DNA of 64,000 bases from Mobula hypostoma (Eukaryota): positions 72,728,001 through 72,792,000 of the forward strand of contig NC_086097.1 in the NCBI RefSeq assembly GCF_963921235.1, written 5' to 3'. The position numbers were made by a program, and so were the translations under genes. Shown here piece by piece: positions 24,494 through 37,200 of this stretch (the stretch's first letter is position 1; every line of letters starts with the position of its first letter). Under the pieces are notes generated by a model. The model was not told the DNA's origin and did not search any database. It saw only the letters and a list, made by a program, of their open reading frames with translations.

Positions 24494-26926
24494 AACTGAA
24501 AGAAGAGATAGTAAGAGATTTGAAAGAGGGAGGGGGAGGGGGAGATCCGAAATGATAGGAGAAGACAAGAGTGGGAGGGATGAAGCTAAGAGCTGGGAAG
24601 TAGATTGGCTAAAGGGAAACAAAGCTGGAGACACGGGAGAAAGAAAGGGGGCGGGGAGCACCAGAGGAAGATGGAGAGCAAACAAGGAGTGATTGTGAGA
24701 AGGAAAGAGAGAAAGAAAAAAGAGGGGGGAAATAATAAATGAATAAATAAATAAAATAGGGGATGGGGTAAGAAGGGGAGGAGGGGCATTAGCGGAAGTT
24801 AGAAATCAATGTTCATGCCATCAGGTTGGTGGCTACCCAGACGGAATATAAGGTGTTGTTCCTCCAACCTGAGTGTGGCTTCATCTCAACAGTAGAGGAG
24901 GCCATGGATTGACATATCAGAATGGGAATGGGACGTGGAATTAAAATGTGTGGCCACTGGGAGATCCTGCTTCCTCTGGCAGACAGAGCGTAGGTGTTCA
25001 GTGAAATGGTCTCCCAGTCTGCATTGGGTCTCACCAATATACAGAAGGCTGTATCAGGAGCACCAGACGCAGTACATCACCCCAGCCGACTCACAGGTGA
25101 AGTGTCGTCTCACCTGGAAGGACTGTCTGGGGCCCTGAATGGTGGTGAGGGAAGAAGTGTAAGGGCAGGTGTAGCACTTGTTCCACTTGCAAGGATAAGT
25201 GCCAGGAGAGAGATCAGTGGGAAGGGATGGGGGGGACGAATGGACAAGGGAGTCGCATAGGGAGCGATCCCAGCTGAAAGCAGAAAGTGGGGGGGGGAGG
25301 GAAAGATGTGCTTAGTGGTGGGATCCTGTTGGAGGTGGCGGAAGTTACGGAGAATTATATATTGGACCCGGAGGCTGGTGGGGTGGTAGGTGAGGACCAG
25401 GGGGACCCTATTTCTAGTGGGGTGGCGGGAGGATGGGGTGAGACCAGATGTGTGTGAAATGGGAGAGATGCATTTGAGGGCAGAATTGATGGTGGAGGAA
25501 GGGAAGCCCCTTTCTTTAAAAAAGGAAGACATCTCCTTCATCCTGGAATGAAAAGCTTCATCCTGAGAGCAGATGTGGTGAAGATGGAGGAATTGTGAGA
25601 AGGGGATGGCATTCTTGCAAGTGACGGGGTGGGAAGAGGAATAGTCCAGGTAGCTGTGAGAGTCCGTGGGCTTATAGTAGACATCAGTAGATAAGCTGTC
25701 TCCAGAGGCAGAGACAGAAAGATCAAGAAAGGGGAGGGAGGTATCGAAAATGGACCATGTAAATTTGAGGGCAGGGTGAAAGTTGGAGGCAAAGTTAATG
25801 AAGTCAATGAGCTCAGCATGCGTGCAGGAAGCAGCACCAATGCAGTCGTCGATGTAGCGAAGCAAAAGTGGGGGACAGATACTGGTATAGGCTTGGAATG
25901 TGGACTGTTCCACATAGCCAACAAAAAGACAGGCATAGCTGGGACCTATACAGGAAGTGGGAGGAGCCAAAGGAGAAATTCTGCTAGATGGAGGACAGTG
26001 GTGGTAGAGGGGAACTGGTTAAGTCTGGAATCCAAAAAGAAGCGGAGAGCTTTGAGGCCTTCCTGGTGGGGGATGGAGGCATATAGGGACTGGACATCCA
26101 CGGTGAAAAGAAAGCGGTGGGGGCCAGGGAACTTAAAATCATTGAAAAGATTCAGAGTGTGAGAAATGTCACGAACATAGGTGGGAAGGGATTGAACAAG
26201 GGGGGATAAGACAGTGTTAAGGTATGCATAAATGAGTTTGGTGGGGCAGGAGCAAGCTGAGACAATGGGTCTACATGGACAGGCAGGTTTGTGGATCTTG
26301 AGTAGGAGGTAGAGATGGGAAGTGCAAGGTGTGGGAACTATGAGGTTGGTGGCAATGGATGGGAGATCCCCAGAGCTGGTAAGGTTGGTGATGGTGTGGG
26401 AGACAATGGCCTGGTGCTCCTTAGTGGGGTCATGATCGAGGGGTAAATAAGAGGACATATCAGTGAGTTGTCGCTGTGCCTCGGCAAGGTAGAGGTCAGT
26501 ACTACAGACAACAACAGCATCCCCCTTATCAGCGGGTTTTATAGTAAAGTTAGGATTGATGCGGAGGGAGTGGAGAGCAGAGCGTTTGGAAGGAGTGAGG
26601 TTGGAATGGGAACAAGGTGTAGTGAAGTCGAGACAGTTGATGTCCCGTCGGCAGTTAGCAATAAAAGATCCAGAGCAGGCAGAAGACCAGAGCGGGGTGT
26701 CCATGAAGAGGAGAAGGGTTGAAGATGGGAGAAGGGGTCATCGTTGGTTGTGGGAGAGTCCTTGCTGAAGAAGTAGGCTCGAAGACGGAGCCGGCGGAAG
26801 AAGAGCTCAGCATCATGGCGCATGCGGAACTCGCTGAGGTGAGGGTGAATGGGGACAAAGGTAAGAGCCTTACAGAGGACAGAGCGCTCTGCCTCAGAGA
26901 GTGGAAAGTCGGAGGGGGGGATGGTA

Positions 26927-27293
26927 AAGACCTGGCACGGTTGGGAGCTGGGATCCAAGGGGGGTGGGAGACTGGTGGTGTCAGTGGAGAGGGGAGGGTT
27001 GGGGTGAGAGGAAGATGGAGGCTCTGAGGGCCCAGGAGCTGACGGTGGGATCTGAGGGAGACGGGATTGTAGAGTGGTGGTGAGAGGAGGGGAGACGGGA
27101 GTCATAATAACAGCATGTGAAGACCCGGCCTGGAGTCTTGAGAGCTAGGATCAGAGGGGGGAGGAAGGCTGGTGGTGTCAGTGGAGAGGGGAGGGTTGGG
27201 GTGAGAGGAAGATGGAGCCTCTGAGGGCCCAGAAGCTGATGGTGGGATCTGAGGGAGATGGGATTGCAGAGTGGTGGTGAGGGGAGGGGAGAC
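26927..27293 (-). repeat. ~195-bp tandem repeat (about two units) encoding a Pro/Ser/Thr-rich linker in the PLE ORF
   Basis: GGTGGTGTCAGTGGAGAGGGGAGGGTTGGGGTGAGAGGAAGATGGAG occurs at ~26974 and ~27171. Confidence 0.85.
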
Positions 27294-29075
27294 TGCACCT
27301 CTTCCTATAGATGCTGCCTGGCCTGCTGTGTTCTACCAGCATTTTGTGCATGTTACTTGTTTCTCGCTGGTTATTTAATTTGCTTCAAAACATTAGGTCA
27401 GTATATAAAATTCAGTTATCTACTATGTAATTATATGTGTTTATCTTTCTGATGTAGCCAGTAATTTCTGCTTTTTTTATGATTATTATCACCCAGTAGT
27501 CACTGTTTATGAACCCATAAATTCTTCCATTTACTACTTTTTTTTAGCTCAACAATCTCTGCACATGCTGGCTGTGTTTTTACTTACTATTCCTTGCTGC
27601 ACTGTTCTGTGTAGTTCTGAATTTCTTGCCCTTTTTCAACAAGTCAATAGCCATCTCATATTCGTTTAAAAATACTTTATTGCCAATGTTATGTTTTGCA
27701 ACTTCAAATATTAAACCAATTTCAAGTAGGTCTCAGGAGTCCGAAATGTTAGTCTAACTTCATGTTTACTTTTAAGCGAGGTACAGTAGCATGATGACAT
27801 ATGTAATTCACATTTATATATATATATATATATAACCTGTAATGAATTATTTAAATGAACAAAATTGCATACTCAGCCAATATATACAAGATTACTCAAA
27901 TATTATTGAAGTATTACATACATATCAGTATCGTCCGCAAAGCTGGTCACCAAGCCGTCAATTCCATCATCCAAAACATTGACATATAACGTGAGACGAA
28001 GTAGTCGCTACACCAACCCCTGCAGAATGCCATTAGTCACTGGCAGCCAACCAGAAAAGGCCCACTTTATTGCCTTTCTTTGTCTCTTGCCAGTCAGCAA
28101 ATCTTCTACCTATGCTGACATCCTTTCTGAAATACCATGGGCTCTTATGTTGTTAAGCAGCCTCGTGCAGCACCTAGTGGAAGGCTTTTTGAAAATCCAT
28201 GTAAACAACATCCACTGAGTCTGTTTTGTCTCTCCTGCCTACTATTTCCTCAAAGAATTCCAACAGATTTGTTAGGCAAGATTTCCCCTTACCGAAACAA
28301 TGCTGACTTTGGCTTGTTTTATCATGCGACTTAATAATGCACTCCAACATCTTCCCAACCACTGAAGTCAGGCAAAATGGCCGACAATTTCTTTCCTTTT
28401 GCCTCCCTCCCTTCTTAAACAGTGGAGTGACATTTGAGCAATTTACCAGTCCTCTGGGACCATTCCAGAATCTAGTGATTCTTGAAAGATCATTACTAAT
28501 ACCTCCACAATCTCTTCAGCTACCTTAGGGTGCATCCAGCTGGTCCAGGTGACTTATCTAGCTTCAGCTTCCCTAATGCCTTCTCCTTAGTAATATCAAC
28601 TACTCTCAATCCTCACTCATTGGATATTATCAAGCTATTGTGTGTGGAATTGTACTGTATGAAAATTGCTTGCCATTCTCCTGAATTTCAAAGTTGCCTG
28701 TATGTTATTTTAGAATCTCAAGAGCTTGTAGTCTGCTATACAAATGCAAGATTTTATTTTCATTCATCATACTTTCACAAATTTGCCAGTATGAAACTTT
28801 GCATTACCCTCACCTGCAACCCACAGAAATTATTTTTGCTGTTGATGGATTAAATTTATGGGAGAGGGAATTGCATTGAGGACTTCTTTGTTGTTACAGA
28901 TTGGAAAAGTTGAATCGGAATCAGCATCAGAATCAGGTTTATTATCACCGGCATGTGACGTGAAATTTGTTAGCTTAGTAGCAACGGTTCAATGCAATAC
29001 ATAATCTAGCAAAGAGAGAGAGAAAAAATAATAAATAAAATAAAACATAATAAATAAACAAGCAAATCAATTGCG

Positions 29076-31030
29076 ACCTATTGTCTCAGCTTGCTCCTGC
29101 CCCACCGAACTCGTTTCTGCATACCTCGACACGGTTTTATCCCCCCTTGTTCAATCCCTTCCTACCTATGTTCGTGACACTTCTCACGCTCTTAAACTTT
29201 TCGATGATTTTAAGTTCCCTGGCCCCCACCGCTTTATTTTCACCATGGATGTCCAGTCCCTATATACTTCCATCCCCCATCAGGAAGGTGTCAAAGCTCT
29301 ACACTTCTTTTTGGGTTCCAGACCTAATCAGTTCCCCTCTACCACCACTCTGCTCCGTCTAGCGGAATTAGTTCTTACTCTTAATAATTTCTCCTTTGGC
29401 TCCTCCCACTTCCACCAAACTAAAGGTGTAGCTATGAGCACCCGTATGGGTCCTAGCTATGCCTGCCTTTTTGTTGGGTTTGTGGAACAATCTATGTTCC
29501 GTGCCTATTCTGGTATCTGTCCCCCACTTTTCCTTCGCTACATCGACGACTGCATTGGCGCTGCTTCCTGCACGCATGCAGAGCTCGCTGACTTTATTAA
29601 CTTTGCCTCCAACTTTCACCCTGCCCTCAAGTTTACCTGGTCCATTTCCGACACCTCCCTCCCCTTTCTAGATCTTTCTGTCTCTGTCTCTGGAGACAGC
29701 TTATTCACTGATGTCTACTATAAGCCTACTGACTCTCACAGCTATCTGGACTATTCCTGTTCTCACCCTGTCTCTTGCAAAAACGCCATCCCCTTCTCGC
29801 AATTCCTCCATCTCCGCCGTATCTGCTCTCAGGATGAGGCTTTTCATTCTAGGACGAGGGAGATGTCCTCCTTTTTTAAAGAAAGGGGCTTCCTTTCCTC
29901 CACTATCAACTCTGCTCTTAAACGCATCTCCCCCATTTCACGTACATCTGCTCTCACTCCATCCTCCCACCACCCCACTAGGAATAGGGTTCCCCTGGTC
30001 CTCACCTACCACCCACCAACCTCCGGGTGCAACATATTATTCTCTGTAACTTCTGCCATCTCCAACGGGATCCCACCACTAAGCACATCTTTCCCTCCCC
30101 CCCCGCTGCTTTCCGCAGGGATCGCTCCCTACGCGACTCCCTTCTCCATTCGTCCCCCCCATTCCTCCCTACTGATCTCCCTCCTGGCACCTATCTGTGT
30201 AAGCGGAATAAGTGCTACACATGCCCTTACACTTCCTCCCTTACCACCATTCAGGGCCCCAAACAGTCCTTCCAGGTGAGACGACACTTCACCTGTGAGT
30301 CGGCTGGGGTGATATACTGCATCTGGTGCTCCCAATGTGGCCTCTTATATATCGGCGAGACCCGACGCAGACTGGGAGACCGCTTTGCTGAACACCTATG
30401 CTCTGTCCGCCAGAGAAAGCAGGATCTCCCAGTGGCCACACATTTTAATTCCACATCCCATTCCCATTCTGACATGTCTATCCACGGCCTCCTCTACTGT
30501 AAAGATGAAGCCACACTCAGGTTGGAGGAACAACTCCTTATATTCCGTCTGGGTAGCCTCCAACCTGATGGCATGAACATCGACTTCTCTAACTTCTGCT
30601 AATGCCCCACCTCCCCCTCGTACCCCATCTGTTATTTATTTTTATACACACATTCTTTCTCTCACTCTCCTTTTTCTCCCTCTGTCCCTCTGAATATACC
30701 CCTTGCCCATCCTCTGGGTTCCCCCCCACCTTGTCTTTCTTCCCGGACCTCCTGTCCCATGATCCTCTCGTATCCCTTTTGCCAATCACCTGTCCAGCTC
30801 TTGGCTCCATTCCTCCCCCTCCTGTCTTCTCCTATCATTTTGGATCTCTCCCTCCCCCTCCAACTTTCAAATCTCTTACTCACTCTTCCTTCAGTTAGTC
30901 CTGACGAAGGGTCTCGGCCTGAAACGTCGACTGTACCGCTTCCTAGAGATTCTGCCTGGCCTGCTGTGTTCACCAGCAACTTTGATGTGTGCTGCTTGAA
31001 TTTCCAGCATCACAGAATTTCTGTTGTTTG
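29076..31030 (+). mobile_element. Young 5'-truncated Penelope-like element (RT + GIY-YIG endonuclease, one frameshift near 30015)
   Basis: RT motifs TMDVQSLYTSIP, GVAMSTRMGPSYA and RYIDD. Endonuclease motif GVIYCIWCSQCGLLYIGETRRRLGDRFAEH. 8-bp TSD CAATTGCG at 29068-29075 and 31031-31038. Confidence 0.96.
30897..30932 (+). ncRNA. Minimal type I hammerhead ribozyme (PLE-associated), catalytic core intact
   Basis: Sequence AGTC-CTGACGA-AGG-GTCTCGG-CCT-GAAA-CG-TC/GACT gives stem I AGTC:GACT, core CUGANGA, stem II AGG:CCT, GAAA, a loop-less palindromic stem III (ACGT), and a GUC cleavage triplet ending at 30928. Confidence 0.85.
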
Positions 31031-33607
31031 CAATTGCGTATGTTGAATAGATTACTTAAAAATGTGCAAAAACAGAAATACTCTATGTTAAAAATGTGAG
31101 GTAGTGTCCAAGGCTTCAAAGTCCATTTAGGAATCAATTGGCAGAGGGGAAGAAGCCGTTCCTGAATCAATGAGAGTGTGCCTTTAGGCTTCTGTATCTC
31201 CTACCTGATGGTAACAGTGAGAAAAGTGCATGCCCTAGGTGCTGGAGGTCTTTAATAATGGACACTGCCTTTCTGAGACACTGCTCCCTAGAGATGTCCT
31301 GGGTACTTTGTAGGCTAGTGCCCAAGATGGAGTTGACGAGACTTATAACCTTCTGCAGCTTCTTTCGTTCCTGTGCAGTAGCCCCTCCATACCAGACAGT
31401 GATGCAGCCTGTCAGAATGCTCTCCACGATGCAACTATAGAAGTTTTTGAGCGTATTTGTTGACATGCCAAATCGCTTCAAACTTCTAATAAAGTATAGC
31501 TGCTGTCTTGCCTTCTTTATGGCTACATAAATATGCTGGGACTGGGTTAGATCCTCAGAAATCTTGACACCTAGGAACTTAAAGCTGCTCAATCTCTCCA
31601 CTTCTGATCCCTCTATGAGGATTGGTACGTGTTCCTTCGTCTTACCCTTCCTGACATCTACAATTAGCTCTTTTGTCTTACTGACGTTGAGTGCCAGGTT
31701 GTTGCTGCGGCACTATTCCACTAGTTGGCATATCTCACTCCTGTATGCCCTCTCGTCACCACCTGAGGTTCTACCAACAATGGTTGTATCGTCAGCAAAT
31801 TTGTTGATGGTGTTTGAGCTATGCCTAGGCACACAGTCATAAGTATACAGACAGTAGAGCAGTGGGCTAAGCACACACCCCTGAGGTATGCCAGTGTTTG
31901 ATCATCAGCGAAGAGGATATGTTATCACCAATCTGCAGGCTGTGGTCTTCCAGTTAGGAAGTCAAGGATCCAATTACAGAGGGAGGTACAGAGGCCCAGG
32001 ATCTGCAACTTCTCAATTAGGATTCTCAAAAAGGATATGGGCCAAATGAACGCAAATGGGACTAACTCTGTTTGGCAACTTGGTTGCCATGCATCATGAG
32101 TTGAACTGAAGAGACTGGTCCCATGTGGTATAAGACTAATTCCCCATTGGATGGTTGGGCAACTACCTTTTGTCTTGTGAATGCTCCTGAAGGAGAAATA
32201 ACCAGCATGTTGAGTCCAGCAACAGCCTAGAGTTCAGCTCTCTGTCGCCGCCTGGAGGACAATTGGGAATACTGACACTGGCTCTGCAGATTTCTTGATC
32301 CTGTCAACGATCATCCGTCAATTACCCAGGTGGCTGTAATCTCACTCTGACTTTCCACATTATGCAAACCCATGCTGGGTAAGTGGCTGGAGGTGGAATA
32401 AAAGATGCCCGTAACGGTGATCAATTGGCCATGAAAATCAGAAACTTAAAAAAGAAAAAAATCAATTATTCCTATTTCAATTCAACTGCTACTGCCAATT
32501 TCCTTAATGCTATAGCAGTGTTGTGATTCCAAGTCCCCTATGTATCTACAAGGGAAGAATGAGACACAGTATCTGCTGCCTCTACAGCTGCCACAATGAT
32601 CTGCAGGACTTGGGGAAACAACAGACTAATGACTGGAAGTCCTAACGTTGGAATTGTGTGCCCACTCTCATCTTAATGCTTTAGTAAATTAACTGTTGTG
32701 TCATTGATGACTTTTCAGGACCCAGTTGATAGCATGGAAGCTCTTGGAGTCTTTTAAGTCCCATTAAACTGAGCTGGAACCCAAACCTTATTGCTGTGCC
32801 TCTGAAATCATGGTTGCACAGTACTGTGAAGTGAATTATTTTTTACTTCATTTCCAAGCTCTTGCGGTGCTGAATGATTCACTGATGTGTAAGTGGTGAT
32901 TTGGCAACCTTCACATTTATAATTTAATATGCTTTGACTAAATTATCAACATGAGAAACTTTAAATTCATTCTTCATTTTATTGATGTCTGAATTAAACA
33001 TTTTGAAACATAAATATTTAACAAAATATGCCTGTGCTTTTTAATTGGACCCCAGCAGAATAACGTGTTTCTAATATCTGGGATCACATTTTAAAGTTTT
33101 ATGCTTCTGTTGAAATTCAGAATAGGTCAAACTCATCAAAGCTTCCTGATGTCTTCTATTAAAAATCCATTGATATGTTTAGTTTAATGACATAGTTTAT
33201 GCCTGTGCATGCTTGTCTTTTTCCACTGTCGCTCTACATCAGTTTCATAAGTGACACAAGAAGTTCTCAAACATGGTGTGATAGGTTACAAGGCATACTC
33301 TAAGTATTAGGATTATACCCAAAGTGGAACAAATTCTCAATGAGTTCTTAATGGCCACTTGCTTCATTATTGCGTGAAGAATTTTAAATAGTGATTGTTA
33401 GCCAGGAAGAACTAGTGCTGTATACTCCTAGTCATCATAAAGATATTGGTGTTTTGCCTCCACTTCTATTCTTCTGACTGGAAATGTGAGGTACAAGCTT
33501 TATGGTGCTTCGAGAAATTTAAGTGCATTCTTTTCTGGAGTGTAATAGAACATGAGTTGCTCCCATTGAAATAAAAATGAATTCTGAGGGAGCTTGATGA
33601 GGTAGCC

Positions 33608-34232
33608 TATAGAACAGTACAACATCAGTACGGCACTAACCCTTCCCTGCCACAAAGCCCTCCATTTATCTTTCATCCACGTGCCTATCTCTTTTATCCC
33701 TGATTGGTCCTAGCCTCATTCTAGTCATCCTCCTGTTCTTCCTGTATACGTAGAATAACTTAAGGTTTTTCTTAATCCTACTCTCCAATGCTTTCTCATA
33801 TCCCTTACTAGTTCTCCTAAGTCCCTTTTTAAGCTCTGTCCTGACTACCTTGTAACCCTCTAGAGCCCTTCTGATCCTTGTTTCCTAAACCTTGTTTCCT
33901 TCTTCCTCTTGATCTTCCACTTCTCTTGTCAACAATTGTTTCTTCAACCTACCATCCTTTTCCTGCCTCAATGTCACAAAACTATCCATGCAAATGCTCC
34001 CTAAATAACCTCCACATTTCTGCTGTGCATATATCTGTTTGCAGTTTATGCTCACGAATTCTTGCTTAATAGCATCATAATTCCTATCCTCCAATACAAT
34101 ACTCTTCTGTCTACTCCTATCCATGTCCAAGGCTATGCAAAAGACCAGGGAGCTGTGGTCACAATCTCCAAAATGCTCACCTACTGAGAGCTCTATCACC
34201 TGACCAAGTTCATTTCCTAGTACTAGAAGTTG
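33608..34232 (-). mobile_element. Internally deleted CR1 fragment
   Basis: LVLGNELGQV..LSVGEHFGDCDH (endonuclease C-terminus) is joined to a CR1 3' tail at ~33610-33690. Confidence 0.8.
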
Positions 34233-37200
34233 AAAGGTTGCTTCTCTTGGCTGGGGAGCCCAGAATCTGGATGAACCCTTGGACACTTAGGGCTCAGAAA
34301 TTCTCTACTTTGATTACCAACAGCCATTTGATAGTCAAGATTGATAGATCTTTGGAATCCGGGAGAATTGTGGGATATGGAAATTGGGTGAGATGTCAAA
34401 GGTCTGTCACGTTGATTGACATCTCACAATCCATTTTTCATAGCATCTGTTAACCCCTATTTATTGTTTGCTTAATGTGAGTAGCCAGAGAAGTCAGGCA
34501 GAACCTTTACTCTCTTACCTCTTTCCATTAGTTGATTTGTAGACCTTCTTCTCTGCTTTGCACTAGTTCCACGCGTTTGAAGAACTTGGCACCCTGCCTG
34601 TTAATTAACATTTACGTTTCACCTCTCTGCAAATTGTCTTTAGGTCATGGTTGTCAAAGCATTTTGGCATTAAACTTGTCCTGATTAAACCCTGCAGCCA
34701 CTAATCGAATGAAATTAGTATGAACGAGCATGTAACTATCCCTCTAATGTACCTATGATAGTGGTTGTTGGTTAAATGATCTTACTTCAGAGAGGAGTTA
34801 CCTGGCTACAATAATTCTGGATTAAAATTAGGGAAAATAAGACAAAATTCTTGTGCTTGCATATAATCTAGAACATGGCAGTTGGAAGGAACTAATTGAG
34901 AATGGGTTTAGATTGAACAGCGATGTCCATCAAGGTATAATGACTTGTGCATCCCACATCATGACTTTTGCCTCAAAGGTATGCATTCAGATCTTTCCAC
35001 TATTCAGCTCGCTTTTCATGTTAGTGGTTTCGGAGGGTTAGATGGAATGGAATAAAAGAAGTGGTGATTTGACTTTTTATTTGGGTATCTGAGGTGTGCT
35101 CGTGCAGCCAGATGAGAGAGGCCCACCAACCTTAATTTCAGGACCTGTGTGGAAACCTTTGGACCTGCCTTCCCACTATCAATCAATTTCCAGGAGGTAA
35201 CAGAACCTAATGTCCATGTCCAATTTGTCAAATATCAGCAACCAGGAGAGATCAGTGGCTTCCTTGATGAAGTTCTGTTGTTTATTATGAAATTGTTGGA
35301 ATTTGGAGAAGAGGGAACTGAGACAATATTTCCTCTAGAACCAAGATAAAATGAGCAGACCACTCACTCTTTCCCATGAACTTAAGCAGTGAGCCTTCAA
35401 ATTATTGAGTCATTGATTCAGGATAAGGTGGAACAGAGGAAGGCCATTTGGCTCATTGTATCTCTGTCAGCTCTGTTTTTTTTTTAGCTATCCAATTAAT
35501 CATATTCCCATGCTTTTAGTAAATTAGTATTTTTATTGCTTTTGAATATTAATATTGAATCTACTTCTGGCATCCATTCAAATAGAAGAGTCTAGATCAC
35601 CACAATTGGAGCAAACTTTTTTCTTCTTGATGTCAGTTTGTTTTTCTTTCAGCTTTCACTTCAATTCTTTTAACTTATATATTTCCAAAAAGCAATTAAT
35701 CCTGACCCATATCATTGTCTTTTAGGGTTTCCCCACCATTGACATCAAGCTCATTGGTTGTTGGTAAATCTTTCCCCTCATGTTAAATACAATGTAACAT
35801 TCGCATCCTCAGTCATCAATCAGTGTCCAATAGGAATTGAGAAGTTGTGAGCAGAACTTCCACACTAACTTTGCTCAGTTAAATGGGGCTCATTTAAATT
35901 AGTAACTTCTCTACTTTGAGGTCTGCAAACCTATTACATACTTCTTCTCCACTTTATTTCTCTATATCATATTTGTCTTGTCCAGCATTGGAAGCAAGGT
36001 TTCATTTGAGGTCTGATACAGATTATTCATTTGTTACCTCAATCACAGCCTCTTTCTCAACAAAAGCTCATTTACGACACCAAATTAGCCCCATCCTCAA
36101 AATACCCAGGACATGTTAGTTAGTTACGTACTCTCTTTCTTTTCATTCTTCTTCCTGCTGATTAATCCCTATTCTTTTCAATCGTTGTGGTGCACCGTGC
36201 TACATAAATCACTTGTGTTCTTCAATTTGAAAGAAATGCCAAGAACCGGTCCACATTACCATATGTTGATTGCGCTGTCAAAACCCACCAAGGGCTGCAC
36301 AGTGCTGTTGTGTCAGAGTGTCTATGCACATGAAACTCTTTTATTTTGAAGTGTAATCAATACTAATTTATTTGAGATTAATATTTAAATAGATCATTTA
36401 ATTTCTGTCAGAGCATTGTTTGTCCTTTAGATTTCTCTTTAAAATTTTTGTTCTTAGATCACAAAAAAGAAATGCTATTTCACGGCAATCTATGATTCTT
36501 GGTCTTGGCTCTTTCTTCAGAAATGATTAATTTTATTTTTGCAAAATTGCAGCTACAAGTATATACTTCTGGTCGAATCTTTGTGAAGTACAGATGGTGC
36601 ACAATAGTTATTTGAACAGAGCAATGAGGCTTTCAGAAGCGGCAGTCCCAGGAGCCTCGGCACTTTTTCATCAGCATTGCCTTTAGGAAAGGCTTTGTGA
36701 GGCAGAACCTGTATTAATTGTCATGTTCTACACGTACCTGTTCTTGTAGGTCTTCCAATGCCTGAAGCTAGTAAAGTCAAAATATCAATATTTAACAAAG
36801 CGGACGTGCGAGATATTATGCATGAGCGCTTCAGCTGAAATCAAACTGAGCTTTGTTGTTTCCTCTCTGGAATTCTGGAATTCAGGTTTTATTCTCCAAC
36901 CCAAAAAATCTTGCGTCTTCATAAGGTTTATACTGTATTTTTAGGTCAGGCTTTTTTGGGGCATACTTAAATAACATTACCGCTCTGGAGTCAGTGACAA
37001 ATTGTACTGGTTGCATGATTGAAGCGCATTAATCTGCCCCCTCCTATTCCACTGCTGCAGAAAATGAGATTGTTCTGTAATGCTTGTTTAAATTAAGATT
37101 CTTGTCAGAATAAACAATGGTGTAGAAACGTCTCTTTACAGCACGTACTGGCACTGAATAAAAGACATTTCTGCAGTATAAGTGAAAAGATTCCTTAATT

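Larger units (their letters stand above)
24361..27353 (-). mobile_element. Penelope-like element (RT + GIY-YIG, frameshifted) nested in Gypsy gag, with an inverted partial terminus at its 5' end
   Basis: Motifs KPADKG, VDVQSLYASIP, GPSYACLF and RYIDD, with GIY-YIG at ~24810-25110. A 12-bp TSD TACTTGTTTCTC lies at 24349-24360 and 27354-27365. 27291-27353 is an inverted copy of ~24400-24461. Confidence 0.95.
21127..27927 (-). mobile_element. Gypsy LTR retrotransposon copy 1: both LTRs, gag and protease, most of pol deleted
   Basis: 5' LTR 27687-27927 and 3' LTR 21127-21359 (both TG..CA, diverged). Degenerate primer-binding site below 27687 and polypurine tract AGTAGGGAGGAG at 21360-21371(-). 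Gag PKPLLIAECFRFHKWNQKEGDSI, protease ELDTGLAGSVI, and a pol C-terminal tail at ~22430-22640. Degenerate TSD ACATC/GTATC. Confidence 0.88.
20255..28600 (-). mobile_element. CR1 LINE split by a Gypsy insertion (pieces ~20255-21126 and 27928-28600)
   Basis: RT sequence resumes across the insertion (CCACCTATCGTCACATC | GTATCGTCCGCAAAG = FADDTK region). KSCLTNLLEFFEE and DVVYMDFQKAF occur at 28174-28362. Confidence 0.88.
28915..32025 (-). mobile_element. Rex1/Babar-clade LINE 3' fragment split by a PLE (pieces 28915-29075 and 31031-32025)
   Basis: ERLSSFKFLGVKISEDLT...ESILTGCITVWYG...LLPSGRRYRSLK, with an (ATCAG)n tail at ~28915-28936. Confidence 0.9.

Noticed and set aside
29071..30602. 402-aa RT ORF plus 191-aa GIY-YIG ORF as a functional gene or novel RT-nuclease system
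   Set aside because: This is standard PLE architecture. It is 5'-truncated at the TSD, has no true start codon and is frameshifted.
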